Source: an uncultured Verrucomicrobiae bacterium
GTDB lineage: Bacteria; Verrucomicrobiota; Verrucomicrobiia; Limisphaerales; Palsa-1400
DNA: 64,000 nt
Assembly (NCBI GenBank): GCA_963702845.1
Contig: OY969763.1
Location: forward strand, 1,568,001 to 1,632,000
Direction of reading: 5' to 3'
The position numbers were made by a program, and so were the translations under genes. Each line of letters starts with the position of its first letter. The stretch's first letter is position 1. The notes below the pieces were generated by a model, which saw nothing but the letters and a program-made list of their open reading frames with translations, did no database searches and was not told the origin of the DNA. Positions 8,705-20,300 of this stretch are shown piece by piece.

Positions 8705-11700
8705 ATGCTTATGACTAAACCAAATTCCATCCGATTCCGTATTGCTCTCGGTGTGTTCTCTCTGCTATTTGCGCTTGTTGGGGAACGTGCGAAAGCCGCG
8801 AATCAATTTTGGGATCCGAGTGGTGTTTCTGTTCCCAACACATCGACTAATACCTGGGAAACCACGAAGTGGACTTCTTCGGCAACGCCCACCGCAAGCA
8901 CAGTGGCCTGGGTTGAAGGTAATCCGGCGATGTTTGCAGTTGGTGCGACGACGGTCACCAATGGAAACTACACTGTCATCGCCAACGCGAACCACACCGT
9001 CGCCGGCATCTTCAATGGAGACGTTTCCGATGCGACAAGTTCTAACTTGCAAATCAAGGGCACCGGCAGCCTTACGATTGCATCCGGTGCTCAAGGTTTT
9101 GATACCCAAACCGGTGGCAACACTACAATCCGCAATGTAGTCACCGGCCCCGGCGCGGTGCAGACGCAAGGCGGGGGCAGCTTGTTTTTGTGGGGAACGA
9201 ATACCTTCACTGGCGGTGTTCAACTCAACACCACCAGCGGTTTGAATTGGAACAATAGCAGCGCGCTAGGAATCGGTCTGATCACGAACATGAAAACGTC
9301 GGTAATTTGGGCCAATCCACCGAACGACGGTGGTCCCGGTGCCACGGACTACGCCACGACGCCGCTTACGATGGTAAATGAAGTTTGGCCGTACGGCGCC
9401 GCAAGTTCGACGATCATTTGGGTTGGTACTTCGCTTCAGCCAATCGACTGGACCGGTGATTGGCACTTAACGAGTGGTGCGGGAACTACGCTCACGTTGG
9501 ATACCCGGTCAGCGACGATGACTATTTCTGGCGTGATCAGTGGTGCCGCGAACATCCTCAAAAAGACCACCACAGGGACATTGGTGCTTTCCGGAGCCAA
9601 TACTTATTCAGGTTCGACGACGATTGTGGGGCCTGTGAAAGTGTTTTCCTTCAATAAAGTAAGCGGCGGAACTGCTTCGAGCAGTTTGGGACACCCTACA
9701 ACCGTGGCAAACGGGACGATTTCGATCACGACTAATACTTCCTTGATCTACGCGGGCACGGGTGAAACGACGGATCGCATAATTGATCTCGGCAGCACGA
9801 CGGGAGGTCCCACAATTCAAGCCGACGGCACGGGAACCGCCACCGGCCCACTCGTTTTCACCTCGGCGATTACGGTAACCGGCGCGGGTGCCAAGACGTT
9901 AACGCTGCAGGGCACAAACACAGCCCAAAATTCAATCGCGAAAATCATCGATAGCACCGGCGGCGCGACTACCGTCACCAAAGCTCAGGCAGGGACGTGG
10001 ACGCTTACTGGCGCAAACACGCATACTGGGGGTACGACGCTGAGCGGTGGCGTGCTCGATATTGGAAATGCGAGCGCGCTGGGAACTGGCACTTTCAGTA
10101 TCACCGGTACAAGTTCGTACGATAATACTACTGGGTCAGATTTAACCGTGGCTAATAATTTGAGCCTTGGCGGTACTGGTACGTATGTTGGCAGCGCCAA
10201 CAACATGACCGTCAACGGCACCACGACCTTGACCGCAGCCCGGACAGTGACTGTGTCGGCCAAAACTTTAACGCTCGGTGTCGTTGCCGGCGCCGGGTTT
10301 ACGCTGACGAAAAGTGGCAATGGCACGTTGGCCCTGAAATCGGCCAACACTCATGGTGGCACGACAATTACCGCTGGTACATCTGATTGTCAGCAACGCA
10401 GCGGCTCTCGGAACAAATACCTTTACCTGGAGCGGCGCGTCTTTTGACAACCTGACTGCCGGCGATCTCACCGTGACAAACGCTGTCACGTTCGGTGGTA
10501 ATCCCACATACGTTGGCAGTGCTCATAACCTGACGTTGAGCGGAACGGTGACGTTGAATGCTGCGCGAACGCTCACAGTTTCCTCTGGCACCGTAACGAT
10601 CAACACCGTTGCGCAGGATGCGACCACGGCACGTAATTTCATCAAATCGGGCAACGGCACGGTCGTCATTACCAACGCTTGCATGTATACCGGCACAACG
10701 ACAGTGAACGCGGGCGGCGCTTTTAAATTGTCCAATGTGGCAACTTTGATGGGTGGACTCTGCACCAACACGGTGACTGCGAACGGCACATTTGATTATA
10801 GCAGCAGCTTGGCACAAACACTCGCAGCAGTGGTCGCGGGGACAAATTCAATCGTCCAAAACGGCCCCGGAGAACTCACCTTCGCTGGCACGAGCAATAC
10901 ATTCAGCGGGACGATTACGGTGAACGCCGGCGCAGTCGGTGTCGGCGCGTTGAATGCGTTACCAACGAATTCAACGGTCAATCTTAGCGGCGGCACGTTG
11001 GATATGGCGAACGATGCAACTGTCAAAGTTTTGAAACTCGCCGGTGTCATTAAGGCAGCTGGAACTTACGGTTCCTCCACTTCTGGTGCCGTACATCAAA
11101 GCGCTGATTTCACAGGCTCTGGAATCTTGACGGTCACCGGCGGCGGTCTATCCACAACTACGGTTTCCTCCGACATCAATCCTTCGATTTCCGGCCAGTT
11201 GGTAACATTCACCGTGACCGTAACTGGCACAGGTGACGGCAGTGTACCTGGCGGCTCGGTCACGTTGTTTGACAACAGTGTCTCGGCTGGAACGTTTGCT
11301 CTAACTCCGACAACTGGAAGCAGTGCAGCAGCTACCTACCAGACCAGTGGACTGTCTCTTGGTGCTCACCCGATGACTGCGACCTGGGCTGGCAACACCA
11401 GCTACAGCAGCGGCACCTCAAGCACCTATACGCACAATGTGGTTCAGCCGCCGGTAATCACCAGCCCTGTGGCAGCCTCAACTGTCACTGCCGATGCCGG
11501 CACCAATCTTGTTCTTGCTGTAACTCTCCAGGACCCAGCAGGCATCACGTTTCAATGGAAAAAAGGTGGTGTGAATCTTAGTAACGGCCCGTTTAACAAT
11601 GCCGGGACGGTGATCGGTTCAACCTCGGCAGCGCTGACTTTGGCCGGCGTAAAAGCTGCCGATGCGAGCCCTGGTGATTATACTTGCTTCGTCACAAACG

Positions 11701-14700
11701 CTGCCGGAACTGCGACGAGTCCGACTATCACCCTCGTGGTCAATGACCCGGCGATTTCGGTGCAGCCTACTAACACGGCGATCGAATGCGGTGCGAATGG
11801 TTGCTTGAGCGTGACTGCGGCTGGAACGACCAATGCCAATGGTTTGTTGCTCTATCAGTGGTTTACTCCAAACGCCTCTGGTACCGCTATTATTGACGCA
11901 ACAAACTCCACCTTGTGCTTCACCAACGTTCATGCGAATCAAGGTTCCTACGCTGTGGTCGTCAGCAACGCCTTTGGAAACTCCATCACCAGTCAGGTGG
12001 CTGTCGTGACCGTGCAAGATACAACTGGCCCTGTCATTACGATCAATGGCGCGGCTTCCGTCACGGTGGAATGCCACGGTTCTTTCTCCGACCCCGGTGC
12101 CACCGCGACCGATGCTTGCCAGGGAGTCAGCGCTATTTCTTCCGCCACGGGCGGCAGCGTGAACTTGAATGTCGTTGGCGATTATACTCTCAGCTACACC
12201 GCCAGCGATTCCTTCAGCAATCCCGGCAACGTTGTTACTCGCGTCGTCCATGTTCACGATACGACCGTGCCAACGGTTACTCTCACTGGCGCGCCTAGCG
12301 TCAATGTCGAATGTCATACAGCCTTCAGCGATCCTGGCGCGACTGCCACTGACGTTTGCGATGCCAGTCCGGGTGTAGCTACCTCTGGCAGTGTTGACGT
12401 AAACACCCTCGGCACTTATACCGTTACTTACACCGCGACTGACGCTTCCGGCAACCATAGCGCGACCACCCGTCAGGTCGTCGTGGTAGACACAACAGTG
12501 CCAGTTGTCACGCTTACCGGTGCCGCATCCGTAACCGTGGAATGCCATGGCAGTTTCAGTGACCCCGGCGCGTCGGCCAGCGACACGTGCGCGGGCAGTT
12601 TGAGCGTATCGACCTCCGGCACTGTAGACCTCAATGCTCTTGGCACCTACACGCGCACTTTCACAGCAACCGATCCCTCGAATAACTCCGGCACAGCTAC
12701 CCGAGTGGTTCACGTCACCGACTCAACCGGTCCTAGCCTCGTTGGCGTCCCAGCCGATACCACGGCCGAATGCAGTTCAATTCCTTCCGCTGCCAGCGTG
12801 ACCGCCACCGACACGTGCGATTCAAATCCGGGCGTCGGCGTCGCGGACACCACCATCGCCGGAGCATGCGCGCAAAGTTACACGCTCGTGCGCACCTGGA
12901 CTGCGACCGACGCCAGCGGTAACACTGCAACCGCAGCCCAGCACATCACCGTACAAGACACCACCGCGCCCGTCATCACATTGACCGGCGGCGCATCAAT
13001 TACCTCTGAGTGCCATATCGCCTTCGCCGATCCCGGTGCGAGCGCCAATGATGCATGTGCGGGCTCTGTCGGCGTCTCTTCGAGCGGATCAGTCAACGCG
13101 AATGCGACTGGCGATTATACCCTGACCTATTCCGCAACCGATCCTTGCGGCAACACAGGTTCGACCACGCGCGTGGTGCACGTTGTTGACACGATCCCGC
13201 CGGTCGTGACAGTAACAGGTCCAAATCCTGACACTGTCTGTGGGACGGCTATCTACAACGATCCCGGCGCGACCGCCGCTGATGCCTGCACGGGTTCGGT
13301 GACCCCTAGCACCTCTGGCTCGGTCGATACGAGCACGGTTGGAAGTTACACATTGACCTACATCGCAACTGACTCGAGCGCCAACAGTTCATCTGCGACG
13401 CGCGTTGTCACTGTCGTTTCCTGTGCGGGGGCGATCACAACCCAGCCGCAATCGCAAACAATCCCTGCCAGTGGCACGCTTAACCTGAGCGTCGTCGCAA
13501 CCGGTGTTGGCATTACTTACCAATGGAACTTTAATGGCACCCCGATTCTGAATGCGACGAACTCGACATTCACCAGGACAAACATGACTCCAGCCGACGC
13601 CGGTCCTTACAATGTTGACGTCACAACGAGCGTGACCGTCTCCAGCGACACGGCGACCATTACAGTGGTTGATCCAGGAATCAGCGTCCAGCCAGTCAAC
13701 GTGATCGCCACCACCAAGAGCAACATTACCTTCAGCATTACTGCTGGCGGCACTGGCCCGTTGAAGTATCAGTGGTATTTCATCAAACACGGGACGACGA
13801 CGGTCAAGAAGTTGGCCCACAGCGCCGTTTACCCGGCCGTAACCAACGCCACCCTCTCGGTCGTGAAGGTCAGTGGTACAGCTGATGCGGGCAGTTACTA
13901 CTGCCTCGTGACCAACAGCATTGGCAGCGTGACCAGCACCAGCGCGACTTTGACGGTCTACGACGCGCCTTTGGTGAAGATCGCTCCGCCGAGCAAGACC
14001 TTGCTGGCTGGTTTCAACTACACCATGGTTGCCAAAGTGACCAAGGGCGCGGTTGGTCAGACCCTGAGCTATCAATGGAAAAAGGGCGGCACTGCCATCG
14101 GTGGTGCAACCACCTCGACCTACTCGCTGGTGGATGTTCAGACTCCCGACACAGCGGTCTACTCCTGCGTGGTGAGCAACAACTCGCCGACAGGTGGCAC
14201 AGCCAGTCTCTCCCTGACGGTCACTCAAGACACTGAAGTTCCCAAAGTGGTGCTCTTGTTGAAGCCAACGGACATGGCAGCCAAACACGCGTTGACCACT
14301 AATGACGTTCCAGTTGATCCGACCGGAACCAATCACGCGCCTGATGTCGACTTCCTCGGCAAGGCAGTGGATAAAGGTTTGATCGTGTCAGCCTGGGTCA
14401 GCAACGCCGTCAATCAGGCGGTGTTCCCGGCGACATTCGTGAAGAAGGTGACCGACCTGACGGCAACGAACACCGCAGCCGGCAAGCCGGCATTCTTCCT
14501 CTCGCACGTGAGCATGGTAGATGGAACCAACATCTTCTGGGGCCTGGCGACGGACTCGGACGGCAACACGAGCACGACCACGAAGGGCACGCACATGTTC
14601 TTCATTGCCAATCCACAAGCGCTGACCCTGGCGACCAGCGGGACTGGCCGGATCACCTCGGTGACCGATGCGACCTCGAAGAACTGGGGCAACCCGACCA

Positions 14701-14888
14701 ACACAGCGGTGCTGGCGGTGGGCCACAATTACACAATAAAGGCCACGCCAATCGGCAGAGGCATAACCTTCCAGAAATGGACCGTGTCAGACAGCACTGG
14801 CCCATTGGCTGATCAACTGGCCAATCCATTGACCTTCACCATGTCGCTTGGACGGACCAATACGGCTGTGTTCTCAAACCACCCGTAA
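8705..14888 (+). CDS. Giant secreted surface protein: passenger-associated beta-strand repeats, Big/Ig and DUF5011/HYR-like domains (one frameshift near 10382)
   Basis: Signal peptide; repeated K.G.GTL.L.GANT.TGGT units; DPGATATD.C..G repeats; Ig YQW...GSY.C units. ORFs 8636-10447 and 10353-14888 join inside one repeat (GGTTITAGT|LIVS). Confidence 0.85.
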
Positions 14889-14936
14889 TTAGAAATTGAT
14901 TCACAAGGCGTCCCGCAAAAACGGGACGCCTTTTTT
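13690..14936 (+). repeat. ~1.2 kb direct repeat, copy 1 (C-terminal module plus terminator)
   Basis: Long stretches nearly identical to ~21462-22718, continuing past the stop codon; left boundary approximate. Confidence 0.85.
14905..14936 (+). terminator. Rho-independent terminator
   Basis: AAGGCGTCCCG-CAAAAA-CGGGACGCC-TTTTTT. Confidence 0.9.
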
Positions 14937-15050
14937 GTTCCCGCCTTTACAAAGTAGAACAGGGTGGAGCTTTCGAACGGGTCAACAAACCAACGAACCG
15001 CGTGCTAATGTTTTGACCATTATTGCGGACCTTTCTATCCTACAGTCTCC

Positions 15051-17219
15051 ATGAGTGTGCCCGCATTCGAGTCCAAGGCCCCAGCTGACTTGCGTCTTTG
15101 TCGCAAAGATTTGCTCGCCTGCTTTGGGCTGGTCCTGGCAGTGGCGGCGGTGTTTGGCGGTTTATACCACGCTGACTTTATCAACCTCGACGACTTCGAT
15201 TACGTAAAATACAACGTGCATCTCGCACAAGGATTCACGTGGGCCAACCTGAAGTGGGCATTCACTCCGGGCTATGCAAGCAACTGGCATCCGTTGACAT
15301 GGATGTTGCACATATTGGATTATAAATTGTTCGGGCTCAACCCGGCAGGGCATCACTTGATGAATGTCGGTTTTCATGCGGCCAATGCGGTGGTGCTCTT
15401 TCTGTTGTTGCGCTCGCTGACGAGACGATTTTGGGAATGCCTATTGGTCGCGGCGCTTTTTGCGATTCACCCGCTGCGAGTTGAATCGGTCGCGTGGGTC
15501 GCCGAGCGTAAAGACGTTTTAAGCACGCTTTTGATTCTGCTGTGCATCGCCAGTTATGCGCGATATGCGCGTGCGAGAAGTTCGGAGCCGGGGCAGGGAA
15601 CAGGTAGTTACGCACTGTCGCTTGTGTTTTTTGCGTTGGCTCTGATGGCAAAGCCAATGGCGGTCACCGTACCTTTTTTATTGCTGTTGTTGGATTTTTG
15701 GCCGCTGAGCAGATGGTCAGCAAGCCAGGAGCAGGGTGGGCTTTTCAAGCAGCCCTTGCGATTGGTTGTCGAGAAAGCACCGTTTTTTGTTTTAACAGTC
15801 ATCGCATGCGCACTGACTCTCAAAGCCCAAACGCACGCGATGATTTCATTGGATGTGGAACCACTTTCCGCGAGGTTCGGAAATGCCATCATCGCATACG
15901 TCACTTACATCCGAAAAGCCATTTGGCCAACCGATCTTGCAGTCATCTACCCGCTGGCCTGGCCCGATGTCCGGATCGTGGTTGTTTCAGCGTTGACGCT
16001 GTTGGCCATTTCGATTGCGGCATTGTGTCAGTGGCGGAGACGTCCCTGGATGCTGGTTGGCTGGTTGTGGTTCGTGGGAATGTTGGTTCCGACAATCGGC
16101 ATTGTTCAGGTGGGCAATCAAAGGCTTGCGGACAGGTACACTTATTTACCAATTGTCGGGCTTCTGGTAGCGGTTGTGTTTTGGTTGAGCGACCTCCTCC
16201 CGACTAAGTTATTGCGCCGTTATGCGTGGTCGGCTGGATTAATCGTTGCGACGTGCTTTGCGTATTGTTCGCATGATGTTTGTCGCTACTGGCGAAATTC
16301 GCTGACGCTGTTTGATTACGGATTAACGCAAACCAGCCCGAATTGGGCGTTATATTATGGCTTGGGAGGCATTATAGATAATCTTCAGATTCCCAATATG
16401 TCGGCGCAAGCGGAGCGGTGTTTCAAGCGTGCGTTGGCATTGGATGCTCAGAATCCCGAACTGTGCCGCAATTACGGCAACTTCTTTGCCCGGCGTGGCA
16501 AATATGCGGAAGCCCTGATCTACTATGACAAAGCGCTCGCCATCCGACCCGACGATGCACCCTCGCTCTTACAGAAAGGAAATGTGCTTGCGATTCTCGG
16601 TCGTTGGCAAGATGCGGAAGACGTTTTTCTCGAAGTGCTCGCATCTGACCCTGGCAATGTCATTGCTGAAGTGAATGTGGCTGGTCTTTACGCGATCGAA
16701 CGGCAATTCGACAAAGCCGTGCCTCGTTACGAACACGTTTTGCAACTATTGCCAACATATGCCGACGCGCAGCATTTTTTCGGTGTCACCCTCGCGCAGA
16801 TGGGTAGAATGGGGGAAGCTGTGGTTCATTTCCGATTGGCGATCAAATATTCGGCCATTTCTGACCCTGCGGTTTTGAATGACCTCGCCTGGTTGCTGGC
16901 TGCGGTGCAGACGCCATCCGTTCACAATCCTGCCGAGGCCATACAAATTGCAGAACAAGCGTGCAAACTCACTGACTATTCCGATATCGCCATGCTGGAC
17001 ACGCTTGCGGTTTCTTATGCTGAAGCCGGCAGGTTTGCCGATGCGAGCAGTATGGCAGATAAGACGATTGCCATCGCCCGAACGAAAGATCGGCCGGAGT
17101 TACTAACCGAAATGGAACGAAGGAAAAAGTTGTATCTAAGTCAGACGTCATATCGGCCTGCCTCACTTACGGAGGATCGGCCTGTCAAATCCATGATGGA
17201 CCTCACTCCGCGCCAGTAA
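15051..17219 (+). CDS. TMTC-like GT-C membrane glycosyltransferase with C-terminal TPR repeats
   Basis: FINLDDFDYV, NWHPLTW, HPLRVESVAWVAERKDVL, ADRYTYLP motifs; many TM helices; TPR repeats in the C-terminal third. Confidence 0.88.
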   Translation: MSVPAFESKAPADLRLCRKDLLACFGLVLAVAAVFGGLYHADFINLDDFDYVKYNVHLAQGFTWANLKWAFTPGYASNWHPLTWMLHILDYKLFGLNPAGHHLMNVGFHAANAVVLFLLLRSLTRRFWECLLVAALFAIHPLRVESVAWVAERKDVLSTLLILLCIASYARYARARSSEPGQGTGSYALSLVFFALALMAKPMAVTVPFLLLLLDFWPLSRWSASQEQGGLFKQPLRLVVEKAPFFVLTVIACALTLKAQTHAMISLDVEPLSARFGNAIIAYVTYIRKAIWPTDLAVIYPLAWPDVRIVVVSALTLLAISIAALCQWRRRPWMLVGWLWFVGMLVPTIGIVQVGNQRLADRYTYLPIVGLLVAVVFWLSDLLPTKLLRRYAWSAGLIVATCFAYCSHDVCRYWRNSLTLFDYGLTQTSPNWALYYGLGGIIDNLQIPNMSAQAERCFKRALALDAQNPELCRNYGNFFARRGKYAEALIYYDKALAIRPDDAPSLLQKGNVLAILGRWQDAEDVFLEVLASDPGNVIAEVNVAGLYAIERQFDKAVPRYEHVLQLLPTYADAQHFFGVTLAQMGRMGEAVVHFRLAIKYSAISDPAVLNDLAWLLAAVQTPSVHNPAEAIQIAEQACKLTDYSDIAMLDTLAVSYAEAGRFADASSMADKTIAIARTKDRPELLTEMERRKKLYLSQTSYRPASLTEDRPVKSMMDLTPRQ

Positions 17220-17375
17220 GTTTTTCTAGGGGGCTCGCAGTTATCGGGGATTCACCGATGAATATGTCGCATTTCTATTGACGTACCATCCTTACTTTTA
17301 TAGTGTCGCCTCAGCCCAGACCCAAACAGCATTCGTTGCCCAATGTATCAGTCCGTAAACACGCCCAGTTCCCTT

Positions 17376-20300
17376 ATGAAAACAAAAGCCCTATATCCAA
17401 TCATCGCGGGGTTCATGCTCGCCAGCATGAACTCTCTATTAGCCTTTCCTAGCTTCGATCCGATGTCAGATGCAAGTTATACCGCCGGAAGCAGTGTGGC
17501 CGGAAAAACCGACCAGGGCGGCGATACCTGGATTGGAGTGGCGACCACCACAACAGCGGGTAGCGCTCCGAAGCTCGAAAGTTTTACGTTTGCTCCCGTT
17601 ACAGGTTTGCCCGCACCCACGGGGACGGTTGCGGCGCACGTTACTAAGCCATCTGCCGCCGCTGGTGGCCCTGGTATCCGCATGGATATTTCCGCGGGCG
17701 GAATCACCACTGGCACCGTTTATGCCTCAATGTTTTTGAAGTGTACTAACATCGCCAACTTGGCATCGAGCACTACCGCCGTCACCGGTGGTGGTATTTT
17801 CTGCGCGGCACTGACAGCCGACAGCGGCACCACCACCGGACAGCCCGCCCAAACTGCGGCGCGCCTGGTGTTTCGAAAATCCGCCAATTACAGTACTGCA
17901 ATTCCTGTTTACAATATTGGCGTCGCCAAGAATCGCGGCACTAACGCTGCAAGTGGTAATCCGGCTGCCGTCTACAGCAGCGCCGATTTTGGGACCAATG
18001 ACCTGCTGTTTGTAGTTTTGGCGTACACATTCAACAGTCCCGCAACGAACGACGACGTCGTTAAACTTTGGATTAACCCAAGCTCCTCTAGTTTTGGCCA
18101 GGCTACCGAGCCGGCGACCGCCATCCAGGCAGGAACAGCTGCAGTTTGCACCGCGGCTAACCAGCCCAGCTCTGGCGCAGTTGCCGCAGGCGTTTTGGAC
18201 GATGCGGATGCCGCCAAGGTCGGGAGTTTCACCGTGTGGGCCCGCAGCACAACCCAACCTGACGATATGTTGATTGATGAAGTTCGTCTCGGGACGACTT
18301 GGGCCTTCGTTACCGGAGCCCCGGAAATATCAACACAACCTGCGGCTACGGCTACGGCTGGCGCTGGAGATAATTTAACGAACAGTGTTGTGGCACGTTC
18401 CGGCAGCACCGCCACTGGGTCAGAGTTGACATATCAGTGGTTCAAGGGCGCAACGCTGTTGAGCAACGGCAGCAGTGGCAACGGTTCGACTTATTCCGGC
18501 GCAACTACAGCGAGTTTGACGATTTCCACCGCGGCGACCACCGACAGCGACACTTATAAATGCGTTGTCGCCAACACAATGGGTAGCGTAACCAGTAGCA
18601 GTAGTGTTGTCACGGTTACCGGAGCTGATCCGGTGATCACAACCCAGCCTCCGGCAGCCACCGCTCTTACGGTCAATGGCACATTGAATCTGAGTGTTGT
18701 CGCGTCGACTTCCAATGGCCCTCTGACCTACAAATGGCAGAAAGACGGTGCCAATGTGGTCACTGACGGAACTCGCATTTTCGGGAGCACGACGTCTTCG
18801 CTGACCATCAATAATCTGACTGCGGCGGACGCTGGTAACTACCTCTGCAGCGTCACGAATGCGTTGACCGCCGGCACGAATAGCACTACGTGCGTGGTTA
18901 CTGTTTCTGATCCGATCATTACAACCCAGCCGTCGAATGTAACAACCAACTACGGCACGACTGCCACGTTCCACGTCGTTGGCTCAGGCTCCGGTACCTT
19001 GACCTATCAATGGCGTAAAGCGGGCGTGAATCTCAGCAACGGAGCATCCGGAAGCGGCTCCACCTATGGGAACTCGCAAACCGACACCCTCACCATCGCC
19101 AACGTTTCTTTCGCCGACCAATCCGCGAGTTATACAGTTGTCGTGACAGGCGCAGGAACGGCGACGAGCAATAATAAAAGTTTGATTGTCAAAGACCCCA
19201 TTATCAACACCCCGCCAGCTGACGCGTCTGCCACGGTTGGAGGTTCCGCCAACTTCTCTGTTGTTGCAGTTGGTTCTGGACCGATCACTTACCAATGGTT
19301 GCACATTACTGCGACGACCACCAACAACGTTGGCGCCGGAGCAGCCACTTTGACTCTGGCCAGTATTACCGCTGCCGATGCTGGCAGTTACCGTTGTAAT
19401 GTCTCTGGGGCCGATGGAGCAATTTATCCCAGCGCGAATGCGGTTTTGACGGTGTTGACCCCCGTATCAATTAGTGAAGGTCCCGCAAGCCGCGAACTGA
19501 AAGTCGGTGACCATGCCGCTTTCACAGTTGTTGCCGCCGGCACACCGCCTTTCTCCTATGGTTGGAGCAAGGACGGCAGCCCGATTTCAGGAGCAACAGA
19601 TTCGATCCTGGCGTTTAGCAGCTTGGCAACCGGCGACGCCGGTAGTTATACCGTCAGTGTCACCAATCTTTCCGGGACGGCTAGTGCCAGCGCTTCGGCG
19701 GTATTGGCTGTCCGTGCAGGTTTGCACCACCTGAGCACGACGAACCTCGTCGTGACACGCGTCGGCGATGGTGCCGAACCTTTAATCGTGACCAATGGCA
19801 ATACAATCTATATCGACCAATACGGAACGAATGGCACTTACGTCAGCTCAATGATGATTCCGGATACTGGCAGTGGCGCATTGGTCGTCGCTGGACAGGA
19901 CAACACCGGTGGCGCACTCGGTCTCGGCGAGGCCTGTTTGTCTCCGTCTCCCGATGGAACGGTGCTAACGTTGTCCGGGTACAACGTGGCTCGCCCCTAC
20001 AATTCTTTATCTTCTATTTCAACCGACAACGCCTCCGTCGCTCCGCGTGGCGTGGGGTTGATAACTGGCTCCGGCAATTACCAACTCGGCATGCGCGTAA
20101 CGAATAGCCTGATTACCGGCGGTTACCGCGCCGTTTTGACTGATAATACCCAAACCAACTTCTGGCTCGTTGGCGGCAACATGGGGGTCCGCTATTTCAA
20201 TACGGGCAGCACTGGCGCTGGAGTAGTTATTGCCACAGGTGGGACCGGTGGTAACAACCGTTTCATCGGTACATTCAACGGTGATATCTTCATGGCCTCC

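Noticed and set aside
11619..14336. Long antisense ORFs (11619-12713, 13389-14336 and similar ones across the window)
   Set aside because: Shadows of codon bias in real genes on the opposite strand; no protein motifs.
17278..17304. Sigma70-like promoter TTGACG...TATAGT before the second surface protein
   Set aside because: Spacer is only 15 bp; plausible but not supportable.
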